Shown: positions 11,962 through 27,977 of the stretch, in pieces
Layout of the letters: every line of letters begins with the position of its first letter
Position numbering within the stretch: the stretch's first letter is position 1
NCBI GenBank assembly: GCA_964016885.1
Contig: OZ024740.1
Coordinates: forward strand, 390,104,001 to 390,168,000
Reading direction: 5' to 3'
Origin: Eledone cirrhosa
Taxonomy: Eukaryota
DNA length: 64,000 nt
The notes under the pieces: model-generated
Database searches by the model: none
Seen by the model: only the letters and a program-made list of their open reading frames with translations
What the model was told of the DNA's origin: nothing
Made by a program: the position numbers and the translations under genes

Positions 11962-12257
11962 GTATATGTATATATATGTATATATATATATATGTATGTA
12001 TATATATATGTATATGTATATATATGTATATATATATGTATATGTATATATATGTATATATATATATATGTATGTATATATATATGTATGTATATATATA
12101 TGTATATATATGTATATATGTATATATATGTATATATATGTATATATGTATATATATGTATATATGTATATATATGTGTGTATATATGTATATGTATATA
12201 TATGTATATGTATATAATATATAATATATATATATATGTATATATATGTATGTATGT
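11874..12257. repeat. (TA)n/TATG microsatellite
   Basis: Direct reading. Confidence 0.97.
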
Positions 12258-13416
12258 ATCATCATCATCATCATCATCAACGTTTAACGTCCGTGTTCCA
12301 CGCTTGCATGGGTTTGGACGGGGGTAGTCCACTTGAGGCAAGAGTGATTGTCTTGCTCGCATAGGACTGTCTGGCAGGTTTTCTACAGTTGGATGCCCTT
12401 CCTAACACCAACCACATTTACAGTGTGGGTCTGGGAGGTTTTTACCGTGTTGCCTACACGGCCACATTACAGCGTGGACTGTGTGTTTTTTTTGTCGTGA
12501 CACCTACACGATCTCATTTGTTTCGGCCTGGATGGCGCGGCACCAACATAACTTTACATAGAACGGGGTGGTGTGGATGGGGTGGGGGTGGCGGCGGGAG
12601 GGGTGTATTTTGTTAGAGATGCCTACTGGCAAGGCGGGTCTTCTCTGTTACTGAGTACCGCCAAAGGTCACGGTCCAGTGACATTGTCTTGGAGAGGTGT
12701 AAGTGTGTGAGGTCGGAGTTTATCAGCTCATCCCATGTTTTTCTAGGTCTGCCTATTCCGTTGGCTACCGTCTATCTTTATTGCCCTGCACTTTGTAATA
12801 CAGCTATCGACTTTCATGCGCATCACGTTGTCCATACCAACGCAGCCTTCTCTCGAGTAAACAACATCTGATCCCTCTTATCTCTAATTTTTTCCTTAGT
12901 TCGTTTATGCTTTGCCGTTCACGTATATTACTGTTACACATCCAGCGGAGCATGCAAGCTTCGTTCCTCTCTAGTCTGCGTATATCCTCTGCACACAATG
13001 CCCAGGTCTCACTACCATGCAACATTGCTGTTCGTATGCAGGCATCGTACAACTGCCTTTCATTTTTAGGGAGAACCCTTTAGCAGCTAATAGTGGTATA
13101 AGCTCTCTGAACTTTTTCCAACCAGTTCTGACTCTAGCTACAGTACTTTCAGAGCACCCTCCCCCACTGCTGATTTTATCGCCCAGGTAACGGAAGCTGT
13201 CACTATTTCTATAAAACCCTCTGCGCAATTGAAAGAGCTAGTATTTTGTGGGCACTTGCTGCTACTTATTGCACCAGAACACCGGCCACATGTAAAGTCT
13301 ATGTTCTTAGTTAGCTTACCTGTGATCCCACTACATCTTTTATGCACCCATACTTTGCATTTAGGACATAAGATGGAGTTTCTACCTACGCCTTTCCTAC
13401 ATACCGAGCACGACCA
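12258..13416 (-). mobile_element. RTE LINE subfamily A, 5'-truncated and frameshifted 3' fragment
   Basis: (CAT)n tail; colinear with 888-2046 with small indels; truncated at the start of the PHD finger (WSCSVC). Confidence 0.92.
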
Positions 13417-14416
<1,000 letters not shown>

Positions 14417-15677
14417 AAGCGTCCGTCACTTACTACCGCCTGACTGTCGTGCCTTGCCCTAAGGAAACACTCACCACCATGGAACGCATGCTCTTCCAAT
14501 TTCTTTGGAAGAAGCGTCCTCCTATGGTGAGAAGATCCATCTGCTGCCAACAACCTTCGAAAGGAGGGCTGGGGATGCCGTGGTTGATGATGCGTAGGCA
14601 CGCATTAAGGCTACGGCACCTACAGGTATTCCTCACTGGTCAAACCGGTGTGGGCTCCGTTCGTGAAACGAGCCTTTCTGAGACTCGTCTCACTCACCGA
14701 GCTACAGTCCTGGGTCAAGCAAAGATCCGGAAAACTGGGAGACTGGCACACTGAGTGTGCTCAGGCGCTCAGGGCTCTCTGGCAAGCGGGCCGGGCCATC
14801 GGTGGAGAATCCACCTCATCATTCTATAGAGGGCTGGTGGCTAGCAGGGGCGATGACACCCTTGGAGAGTCGCTGGACATGGAAGAAGACGAACTGGCCA
14901 GCCTGTTCGGTAGGACTTTCGGCCCAGGACCAATGGACAACTTCCAGAAGTCACTGGCCTGCAGTGCTACCGAGGGGCTCTACCCGTTCGAGAGAGGCTC
15001 TACAGACACGGGCGCCCGGGCAAGGATCCCTCAAAAAAGATTTGCCCTAGATGCGTGCGTCACGAAGAAACCGTGGCGCACGCATTGGTGCAATGTCCGG
15101 GCGTGGCTGATCTGTGGGGCTACGCCGAACAACTGCTGTCGCGGGTGGCGCCGATTAAATTGACAGCCGAGTCCGTGATGACAATCAAACCGCCTCCCCT
15201 CTTCACAAAGGAAGCAAAGGCGGTTTTTCTGTGCGTAATAGCCATGTTGAAAGAGGTTGTTTGGTGGACACGATTGAAAGGTCTGAGGTCAGGCAACTTC
15301 CTCTCTGGCCATAGTCTGGTCTACTTCTTCCGATATCACTTCGGAAGAAGGATAAGAATGGAGAGAGAGGTGCTTGGCCACAGGCAGTTTTATGAAAGGT
15401 GGGTGATAGTGGCGAGAATGGCTCGTGTAAATGGGCCTTCTCTGTATACCATCCTGTAGGTAAAGAAGTAAAGGAGAGGGGAGCACCTTCTCCATGTGCT
15501 CCCCGGGCAAAGGATTGCACACTTTTTCGGGGGTGTGTGCAACCCCCCATCACGTCCCCTCCCTTTTGAGGTTATTTTCGATTATTTTCATGTTACACCC
15601 TTTTTACTCGATTATATGTAAACTCCCCCTTTGTATTTGTCCCTTCTTTTTATGCCTTTATGGTAAATAAAGAAATC
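14417..15677 (+). mobile_element. Tx1/L1-clade LINE 3' fragment (post-RT region, CCHC zinc knuckle, 3' UTR); frameshifted
   Basis: LFQFLWKK...[14 protein letters not shown]; CPRC..HEETVAHALVQC; T-rich 3' UTR with AATAAA at ~15666 directly before (TA)n. Confidence 0.8.
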
Positions 15678-16035
<358 letters not shown>

Positions 16036-16644
16036 AGGCTACGTTGGTATGGACACGTGATGCGCATGAAAGTCGATAGCTGTATAACAAAGTGCAGGGC
16101 AATAAAGATAGACGGTAGTCACGGAATAGGCAGACCTAGAAAAACCTGGGACGAGCTGATAAACTCCGACATCACACACTTACACCTCTCCAAGATAATG
16201 TCACTGGACCGAGACCTTTGGCGGTACTCAGTAACAGAGAAGACCCGCCTTACCTAAATATATAGTAAAACCTACTCCAGCCAGTAGGCATCTCTAACAA
16301 AATACACCCCGTCCCACCACCCCCATCCCATCCACACCACCCCGTTCTATGTAAAGTTATGTTGGTGCCGCGCCATCGAGGCCGAAACAAATGAGATCGT
16401 GTAGGTGTCACGACAAAAAAACACACAGTCCACGCTGTAATGTGGCCGTGTAGGCAACACGGTAAAAACCTCCCAGACCCACACTGTAAATGTGGTTGGT
16501 GTTAGGAAGGGCATCCAACTGTAGAAAACCCGCCAGACAGTCCTATGCGAGCAAGACAATCACTCTTGCCTCAAGTGGGACTACCCCCGTCCAAACCCAT
16601 GCAAGCGTGGAACACGGACGTTAAACGTTGATGATGATGATGAT
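16036..16644 (+). mobile_element. RTE LINE subfamily A short 3' fragment with (GAT)n tail
   Basis: [16 protein letters not shown]...EKTRLT stop, then 3' UTR and GATGATGAT. Confidence 0.92.
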
Positions 16645-17412
16645 ATATATATGTATATATATATGTATATATGTATATGTATATATGTATATATATATAT
16701 GTATATATATGTATATGTATATATGTATATGTATATATGTATATATATATGTATATATATGTATATATGTATGTATATATGTATGTATATATGTATGTAT
16801 ATATGTATGTATATATGTATGTATATATGTATATATGTATGTATATATATATATGTATATATGTGTATATATGTGTATATATGTATATATGTATATATAT
16901 GTATATATATATGTATATATATATGTATATATATATGTATATATGTATATATATATGTATATATATATATGTATATATGTATATGTATATATATATATAT
17001 GTATATATGTATATGTATATATATATATGTATATATATATATGTATATATATATATGTATATGTATATATATATATGTATATATATATATGTATATATAT
17101 GTATATATGTATATATATATATTTATATGTATATATATATATATATATATGTATATGTATATATGTATATGTATATATGTATCTATATATGTATATATAT
17201 ATATGTATCTATATATGTATATATATATATATATGTATCTATATATGTATATATATATATATATGTATATATATATGTATATATATATGTGTATATATAT
17301 ATATATATGTATATATATATGTATATATATATGTATATGTATATATATATGTATATATATATGTATATATATATATATGTATCTATATATGTATATATAT
17401 ATATATATGTAT

Positions 17413-17443
<31 letters not shown>

Positions 17444-17452
17444 CATATATAT
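16645..17452. repeat. (TA)n/TATG/TATC microsatellite
   Basis: Direct reading. Confidence 0.97.
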
Positions 17453-17481
17453 GACGGGGGTATGTATATATATATATATAT

Positions 17482-17636
17482 GACGGGGGTGTATTTTGTT
17501 AGAGATGCCTACTGACTAGTAGGTTTTACTATGTATTTAGGTAAGGCGGGTCTTCTCTATTACTGAGTACCGCCAAAGGTCTCGGTCCAGTGACATTGTC
17601 TTGGAGAGGTGTAAGTGTGTGAGGTCGGAGTTTATC
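17482..17636 (-). mobile_element. Tail-less internal fragment of RTE subfamily A (ORF end and proximal 3' UTR)
   Basis: Matches ~1198-1353 and the equivalent part of the 27978 copy; microsatellite on both sides. Confidence 0.85.
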
Positions 17637-18045
17637 ATATATATGTGTATGTATGTATATATGTATGTATGTCTGTATATATGTATGTATGTATATATGT
17701 ATGTATGTATATGTATGTATATATGTATGTATGTATATGTATGTATAAATGTATGTATGTATATATTTATGGGTATGTATGTATATATTTATGTGTATGT
17801 ATGTATATATTTGTGTATGTATGTATATATATTTATGTATGTATGTATATATATATGTATATATATGTATGTATGTATGTATGTATATATATATGTATAT
17901 GTATGTATGTATGTATATGTATATGTATGTATGTATGTATGTATATATATATGTATATGTATGTATGTATGTATATGTATGTATATATATATGTGTATGT
18001 ATGTATATATATATGTGTATGTATGTATATATATGTGTATGTATG

Positions 18046-18080
<35 letters not shown>

Positions 18081-18199
18081 ATGTATGTATATATATATAT
18101 ATATATATGTGTATGTATGTATGTATATATATATATATATATATGTGTATGTATGTATATGTGTATATATGTGTATGTATGTATATGTGTATGTATGTA
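17637..18199. repeat. TATG/(TA)n microsatellite
   Basis: Direct reading. Confidence 0.97.
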
Positions 18200-20995
18200 T
18201 GTAACACAAACTTTAAAAAACCCGACAACCACCTGATCACCTATAGATCAGGGGAGCACTCTAGTCAGTTAGATTTTATCCTCATCAGAGGACGTGACAG
18301 ATGGACGGTCGTAAACACAAAAGCCTTCCCTAGTGAGGAATGTACATCCCAACATAGCTTAGTTGTCATCGACCTCACGGTCAGAACTAGACGAACCCGG
18401 AAACAGAGGCCAACCTGGAGAAGAAAGATCTGGAAGCTGAAAGTCCCCTCAACCAGTAACAGATTTAAAGATATTTTACTCAACGCCTACGACAGTAAAG
18501 AAGAACAGATAGAGACATTTAACGTAGAAGAGAACTGGGAGTTCCTAAAAAATAACTTACTAGAGGCGACGGATGAGGTTTGTGGCTGGAGTAAGACCTC
18601 AAGCAGGAGGAGAGTGACTTGGTGGTGGAACAATAAGGTAGATGAAGCAGTCAAGGCCAAGAGACAGGCATGGAAAGAATGGAAGAACGGGGGGAGCAGG
18701 GTACATTACATAGAGACCAAGAGGGAAGCTAGGCGACAAGTATACTTAGCTAGGAAGGAAGCAGAGGATAGAAAATTCAAGCATGTTTTACAACGTGAGC
18801 ACCAGAAACAGGAGGTATTCAAGATTGCGAGGCAGTGTGTCAGAGATAGTTGTGATGTCATTGGAGAGAAGTGTATCCGGAATGATAAAGGTGAGCTTGC
18901 CCTCACAAGTGCTGAGAAGAAAGATGCATGGAAGAGTCATTATGATAGATTACTAAATGAGGAGAATGCATGGGAAGAAGAGACCCTACCCCATGTAGAC
19001 CCTATAGAGGGACCAGCAGTACAAGTCAGCGGCAGCGTAGTAAGTAAGGCAATCAGAGATATGAAGATGGGGAAGGCAACCGGTCCATCGGGTATAGCTG
19101 CCGAGATGCTGAAGGCATCTGGGTCTGTAGGTCACACTATAACCACACGTATCGTTAACCAGGTAATACTAGAAGGGGCCATACCAAAAGATTGGTGCAG
19201 TAGCATCATTGTCAACTGCTACAAAGGTAAAGGCGATGCACTAGATAGAGGAAACTATAGAGGTATAAAGTTGATGGACCAGGTCATGAAAGTAACAGAA
19301 AGAGTTATAGCACAGCTGATTAGGGACCGGGTGAATATAGACGAGATGTAATTTGGATTTGTACCAGGGAGAGGCACCACTGATGCCCTCTTCCTTGTGA
19401 GGCAATTACAGGAAAAGTACCTAGCTAAAAGTAAGCCACTCTACTTGGCATTTGTCGACCTTGAGAAAGCCTTTGACAGAGTTCCACGTGCAGTAATCTG
19501 GTGGGCTCTTAGAAAACTAGGAGTAGATGAATGGCTTGTGAAAGCGGTACTAGCCATGTATAGGGGAGCAGTCAGCAAAGTTAGGATTAGCAATGAGTAT
19601 AGCGAGGAATTTAGCGTACAGGTTGGGGTCCACCAGGGCTCTGTTCTTAGCCCTCTCCTGTTCATCATAGTCCTGCAGGCAATAACGGAGGAGTTTAAGA
19701 CCGGATGCCCATGGGAACTCCTGTATGCTGATGACCTCGCACTCATAGCTGAATCTATGGTAGAACTAGAGAATAAATTCCAAACCTGGAAGCAGGGACT
19801 AGAGAGAAAGGGCCTCAAAGTCAACATGACAAAGACTAAGGTCCTTGTAAGTAGACGAGAAAACAGAACCCAGATCCCCTCAGGGAAATGGCCTTGCTCA
19901 GTATGTAGGAAAGGTGTAGGTAGGAACTCCATTCTCTGCCCCAAATGCAAACAATGGGTACACAAGAGATGTAGCGGGATCTCAGGAAGCTTAATTAAGA
20001 ATGTAGGATTCACATGCAGCAGCTGTGCTGAAACAGCAAGCAAACAGCCACAGGAAACAAGTACCACCAATCTCTGGGAGGGCCCTGTAGAAACAGTAGA
20101 CAGCTTCTGCTACCTAGGTGACCGAATTAGCAACGGAGGTGGGTGCTCAGAAAGTACAATAACTAGGGTAAGAACGGGATGGAAGAAGTTTAGGGAACTA
20201 CTACCACTGCTAGCTGCAAAAGGCTTCTCCCTCAGAATGAAAGGCAGACTGTATGATGCGTGTATCCGAACAGCGATGTTGCATGGTAGTGAGACCTGGG
20301 CGCTGAAGGTGGAAGACTTACGTAGATTAGAGAGAAACGAAGCCTGCATGCTCCGATGGATGTGTAACAGTAATATACGTGAATGACAAAGCATAAAGGA
20401 ATTGAGAGAGACTGAGCATAAGAGGAATCAAATGCTGCGTGCAGGAGAGGCGGTTACGCTGGTATGGACATGTGATGCGTATGAAGGATGACAGCTGCAT
20501 AAAAAGGTGCAGAGCACTAGAAGTTGATGGAAACCGCAGAGTGGGGAGACCCAAGATGACTTGGGATGAGGTGATAAAAGCCGACCTTACCCAACTACAC
20601 CTCTCAAAGACAATGACACACGACCGTGACTTCTGGCGTCACGCAGTAATACAGGGTACCCGACCTCCCATGGGTACATGCTGAAGCATATAAACAATAT
20701 GCCCCCACTCCCCCCACCGCAAGGTGGTCGTGGAGGTGCCACGGCAAAAAAGCACCCAGCCCACACTGTAAAGTGGACGTGTAGGCGCCACGAAAAAGCA
20801 CCCAGCACTCACTGTAAATGAGGTTGGAGTTAGGAAGGGCATCCAGCTGTAGAAATCAAGCCAGATCAGTTCCTGTATGAGCAAGGCATGGTCAGCCGAC
20901 CAGACACTGCCCACAACAGGACAACCCGTCTAACCCATGCTAGCGTGGAAGAACGGACGTAAAACGGTGATGATGATGATGATGATGATGATGAT
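18200..20995 (+). mobile_element. 5'-truncated RTE LINE subfamily B, pseudogenised by in-frame stops at 19349-19351 and 20384-20386
   Basis: APE tail (ITYRSG..SQLDFILIR..SQHSL), RT ([20 protein letters not shown]), PHD insert, [11 protein letters not shown] ends at 20684, followed by a distinct 3' UTR and (GAT)n tail. Confidence 0.93.
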
Positions 20996-21050
20996 ATATA
21001 TATGTATTTATATGTATGTATGTATGTATATATGTATATGTATGTATGTA

Positions 21051-21083
<33 letters not shown>

Positions 21084-21527
21084 ATATATATATTATGTAT
21101 GTATATATGTATGTATGTATGTATATATATATATTATGTATGTATATATGTATGTATGTATGTATATATATATGTGTATGTATGTATATATATATGTGTA
21201 TGTATGTATATATATATGTGTATGTATGTATATATATATGTGTATGTATGTATGTATATATATATGTATATGTACGTATGTATATATATATGTGTATGTA
21301 TGTATATATATATGTATATGTATGTATATGTATATGCATGTATGTATATATATATGTACGTATGTATATGTATATGTATGTATGTATATATATATGTATA
21401 TGTATGTATATGTATATGCATGTATGTATATATATATATATATATGTATATATATGTATGTATGTATATATATATATGTATGTATATATGTATGTATGTA
21501 TGTATATATGTATGTATGTATGTATAT

Positions 21528-21561
<34 letters not shown>

Positions 21562-21582
21562 GTATATATATATGTATGTATG

Positions 21583-21613
<31 letters not shown>

Positions 21614-21738
21614 ATGTATGTATGTATGTATGTATATATATATATGTATGTATATATGTATGTATGTATGTATATATGTATGTATGTATATATGTATGTA
21701 TGTATATATATATGTATGTATGTATATATGTATGTATG

Positions 21739-21772
<34 letters not shown>

Positions 21773-22816
21773 TGTATGTATGTATGTATGTATGTGTGTA
21801 TGTATGTATATATGTGTATGTATGTATATATATATGTGTATGTATGTATATATATATGTGTATGTATGTATATATATATGTGTATGTATATATATATGTG
21901 TATGTATATATATATATGTGTATGTATGTATATATATATGTGTATGTATGTATATATATATGTGTATGTATGTATATATATATGTGTATGTATATATATA
22001 TGTGTATGTATGTATGTATATATATGTGTATGTATGTATGTATATATATGTATATGTATGTATATATATGTATATGTATGTATGTATATGTATGTATATA
22101 TATGTATATGTATATATATATGTATATGTATGTATATATATGTATATGTATATATATATGTATATGTATATATATATGTATATGTATGTATATATATGTG
22201 TATGTATGTATATGTATGTATATATGTGTATGTATGTATATGTATGTATATATATGTATGTGTATGTATGTATGTATATATATATATATGTATGTGTGTA
22301 TATATATATATATATGTATGTGTGTATATATATATATATATGTATGTGTGTATATATATATATATATGTATGTGTGTATATATATATATATATGTATGTG
22401 TGTATATATATATATATATGTATGTGTGTATATATATATATATATGTATGTGTGTATATATATATGCATATGTATGTGTGTATATATATATGCATATGTG
22501 TGTATATATATATGCATATGTGTGTATATATATATGCATATGTGTGTATATATATATGCATATGTGTGTATATATATATGCATATGTATGTGTGTATATA
22601 TATATGCATATGTATGTGTGTATATATATATGTATATGTGTGTATGTATATGTGTGTATATATATATGTATGTGTATATATATATATGTATATATGTTTG
22701 TATATATATATGTATATATGTTTGTATATATATATGTATATATATGTATGTGTGTATATATATATGTATATATATATATGTATGTATGTATGTATATATG
22801 TATGTATGTATATATG

Positions 22817-22848
<32 letters not shown>

Positions 22849-23258
22849 TATGTATGTATGTATATATATATATGTATATATATATATATGTGTATGTATA
22901 TATATATATATGTGTATGTATGTATATATATGTGTATGTATATATATGTGTGTATGTATGTATGTATATATATATGTATGTATATATATATGTATGTATG
23001 TATGTATATATATGTATGTATGTATGTATATATATATATGTATGTATGTATATATATATATGTGTATGTATATATATGTGTATGTATATATATATGTGTA
23101 TGTATATATATATGTGTATGTATATATATATGTGTATGTATATATATATGTGTATGTATATATATATGTATGTATGTATATATATATGTATGTATGTATG
23201 TGTATATATATATATATGTATGTATATATGTATGTATGTATATATGTATGTATGTATG

Positions 23259-23294
<36 letters not shown>

Positions 23295-23372
23295 TATATA
23301 TATATGTATGTATGTATATATATATATGTATGTATATATATATATATGTATGTATATATATATATATGTATG

Positions 23373-23403
<31 letters not shown>

Positions 23404-24547
23404 ATATATATATGTGTATGTATGTATATATATATATGTGTATGTATGTATATATATATGTGTATGTATGTATATATATATGTGTATGTATGTATATATA
23501 TATGTGTATGTATGTATATATATATGTGTATGTATGTATATATATATGTGTATGTATGTATATATATATGTGTATGTATATATATATATGTGTATGTATG
23601 TATATATATGTGTATGTATGTATGTATATATATATGTATGTATGTATATATATATGTATGTATGTATATATATATGTATGTATGTATGTATATATATGTA
23701 TGTATGTATGTATATATATGTATGTATGTATATATATATGTGTATGTATGTATATATATATGTGTATGTATGTATATATATATGTGTATGTATGTATATA
23801 TATATGTGTATGTATGTATATATATATGTGTATGTATGTATGTATATATATGTGTATGTATGTATATATGTATGTATATGTGTATGTATGTATATATATA
23901 TGTATGTATATATATATGTGTATGTATGTATATGTGTATGTATGTATATATATATGTGTATGTATATATATATGTGTATGTATGTATATATATATATGTA
24001 TGTATATATATATGTGTATGTATGTATATATATATATGTGTATGTATATATATATGTATATGTATGTATATATATGTATGTATGTATATATATGTATGTG
24101 TATATGTATGTATGTATGTATGTATATGTATGCATGTGTATGTATATATATATATGTATGTGTATGTATATATATATATGTATATGTATATATATATATA
24201 TGTATATGTATATATATGTATATGTATATATATATATATGTATATGTATATATATGTATATATATGTATATATATATATATGTATATATATGTATATATA
24301 TATATGTATATATATATATGTATATGTATATATATGTGTATATGTATATATATGTATATATATGTATATATATATGTATGTATATATATATGTATGTATA
24401 TATATATGTATGTATATATATATGTATGTATATATATATGTATGTATATATATATGTATGTATATATGTATGTATATATATATATGTATGTATATATATA
24501 TATGTATGTATACATATATATGTATGTATGTATATATGTATGTATGT

Positions 24548-24609
<62 letters not shown>

Positions 24610-24615
24610 GTATGT

Positions 24616-24674
<59 letters not shown>

Positions 24675-24790
24675 TATGTATGTATATATATATATGTATG
24701 TATATATATATATGTATGTATATATATATATATGTATGTATATATATATATATGTATGTATGTATGTATGTATATATATATATATGTATG
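20996..24790. repeat. ~3.8-kb compound TATG/TATGTG/(TA)n microsatellite
   Basis: Direct reading; includes a local TATGCATA sub-domain at ~22460-22610. Confidence 0.98.
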
Positions 24791-25397
24791 TCAGGTCACC
24801 AGTTGGTGCTACTGGTAACATGTATTCCAGTACAACCTGTCCCATGGTCGGGTCGTTGGCGACTAAACTGGCAACCCCACCAAGGTTTCTTGGTGAGGAG
24901 GGTGACTTTGGACATCCTGCAGGACTAAAAACAAAACCTGTCAAAAGGCAAAGGAGCTCTTAAGAGTCAATGCCCATCCAAAATCACCGGGAGAGATGAT
25001 CCCTTAGCCTTTGTCAAGGCAGAATTCTAGGAGAAGGAAAACTCTGATATAACACCTGCAACCCTGATGGTATCCAATGATGTTGACTTGTTCTTCTTTT
25101 TGGTAAATATCATCTTGGTTAAGAGAGTGGGACTGGCTTTGTGCAGTGCCTTTGCTCACTATAAAAGCTTCACGGCACAGGCATTGCTTTATATCTGGAG
25201 ATCTCACTGCATTTGTCGTCACATGGTACCATGGGCCCAGCACTATGTGTCAATAATTGTCACAAGTGTAGTGTTTGTACCAGAGCTTTCAAGTTGCTGG
25301 CTGGACTAAAAAGTCACACTCGTTCAGCGCATCAGTAGGGGTTCTCCTACATGGATATAAAGTAGTGGCCGTACTCGAAAACGAGTTGGCAGCCACC
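24791..25397 (+). mobile_element. Element 'X', copy 2 (full length, ~607 bp)
   Basis: Starts TCAGGTCACCAGTTGG and ends GGCAGCCACC; flanked by microsatellite. Confidence 0.85.
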
Positions 25398-25687
<290 letters not shown>

Positions 25688-25690
<3 letters not shown>

Positions 25691-25811
25691 TTAAGTGTAA
25701 GGAATTCTTTTACAATGGAATTAGCTCGAAAGGAAATATTCCTGAGCCGTGTATAATTCCATTATACATCGAGCTAATTCCATTGTAAAAGAATTCCTTA
25801 CACTTAATATA
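25688..25811. repeat. Perfect ~42-bp inverted repeat (foldback) with a ~39-bp spacer
   Basis: TATTAAGTGTAAGGAATTCTTTTACAATGGAATTAGCTCGA ... TCGAGCTAATTCCATTGTAAAAGAATTCCTTACACTTAATA. Confidence 0.9.
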
Positions 25812-26260
25812 ACGGCTCTTCGTCGAGCTAAAATTCGCCTCATATATACGACTGTTATTTCTAGCAGTACGGTTATGAGACTAGCCTGAATCTGTGAACC
25901 CATGTGCGTCACACAGTCTTTTAAATTATTTAGAAGTGAAGCTTATCAATTGTCTCTGGATGTTTACTGAGGAGAGCAGTGGCAAGATATTCCTACACTT
26001 ATACACTTATCCATCTCGAAACATGTTTGGATTTTGAGGTTTAAACTTATCTACTGAACAGGTTTGACTTTGAAATTTAAATATGTATAAACATCATAGC
26101 CATTTGGCAGCACAGCTAGTTTTTGTCGATTTATTATTATTATTATTTTAAATCGATGTGGACGAACTGTGGTAAAATAATTAATATTCTTCAGTCTGGC
26201 TAACTTTCTTTTGCAATATAAATACAGATATGTTGGTATCTGTTTCATCATATATATTAC

Positions 26261-26283
26261 TTGTATATATATATGTATGTATG

Positions 26284-26334
<51 letters not shown>

Positions 26335-27097
26335 GTATGTATATATATATGTATGTATATATATATGTATGTATATATATATGTATCTATGTATATATAT
26401 ATGTATGTATGTATATATATATGTATCTATGTATATATATATGTATCTATGTATATATATATGTATCTATGTATATATATATGTATCTATGTATATATAT
26501 ATGTATCTATGTATATATATATGTATCTATGTATATATATATGTATGTATATATATATGTATCTATGTATATATATATGTATGTATATATATATGTATGT
26601 ATATATATATGTATGTATATATATATGTATGTATATATATATGTATGTATATATATATATATGTATATATATATGTGTATGTATGTATATATATATGTGT
26701 ATGTATGTATATATATATGTGTATGTATGTATATATATGTGTATGTATGTATATATATATGTATGTATGTATATATGTATGTATGTATATATGTATGTAT
26801 GTATATATGTATGTATATATATATGTATGTGTATATATGTATGTATGTATGTGTATGTATGTATGTGTATGTATGTATGTATATATATATGTATGTATAT
26901 ATATATGTATGTATATATATATGTGTATGTATGTATATATATATATGTGTATGTATATATATATATGTGTATGTATATATATATGTGTATGTATGTATAT
27001 ATATATGTGTATGTATGTATATATATATGTGTATGTATGTATATATATATGTATATGTATGTATATATATATGTATGTATATATATGTATATGTATG

Positions 27098-27132
<35 letters not shown>

Positions 27133-27350
27133 GTATGTATATGTATGTATATGTATGTATATATATGTATGTGTATGTATGTATATGTATGTGTATGTAT
27201 GTATGTATATATATATATGTATGTATATGTATGTATGTATATATATGTATGTATATGTATGTATATGTATGTATATGTATGTATATATATGTATGTATGT
27301 GTATGTATGTATGTATGTATGTATGTATGTATGTATGTATATATATTATG
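26261..27350. repeat. TATG/TATCTATG/(TA)n microsatellite
   Basis: Direct reading; 20-bp ATGTATCTATGTATATATAT units at ~26380-26560. Confidence 0.97.
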
Positions 27351-27957
27351 TCAGGTCACCAGTTGGTGCTACTGGTAACATGTATCCCAGTACAACCTGT
27401 CTCATGGTCGGGTCGTTGGCGACTAAACTGGCAACCCCACCAAGGATTCTTGGTGAGGAGGGTGACTTTGGACATCCTGCAGGACTAAAAACAAAACCTG
27501 TCAAAGGGCAAGGGAGCTCTTAAGAGTCAATAGCCATCCAAAATCACCGGGAGAGATGACCCCTTAGCCTTTGTCAAGGCAGAATTCTAGGAGAAGGAAA
27601 ACTCTGATATAACACCTGCAACCCTGATGGTATCCAATGAAGTTGACTTGTTCTTCTTTTTGGTAAATATCATCTTGGTTAAGAGAGTGGGACTGGCTTT
27701 GTGCAGTGCCTTTGCTCACTATAAAAGCTTCACAGCACAGGCATTGCTTTATATCTGGAGATCTCTCTGCACTTGTCATCGCATGGTACCATGGGCCCTG
27801 CACTATGTGTCAATAATGGTCACAAGTGTAGTCTTTGCACCAGAGTTTTCAAGTCGCTGGCTGGACTAAAAAGTCACATTCGTTCAGCGCATCGGTAGGG
27901 GTTCTCCTACATGGATATAAAGTAGTGGCCGTACTCGAAAACGAGTTGGCAGCCACC
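27351..27957 (+). mobile_element. Element 'X', copy 3 (full length)
   Basis: Same boundaries as copy 2. Confidence 0.85.
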
Positions 27958-27977
27958 ATGTATATATATATATATGT

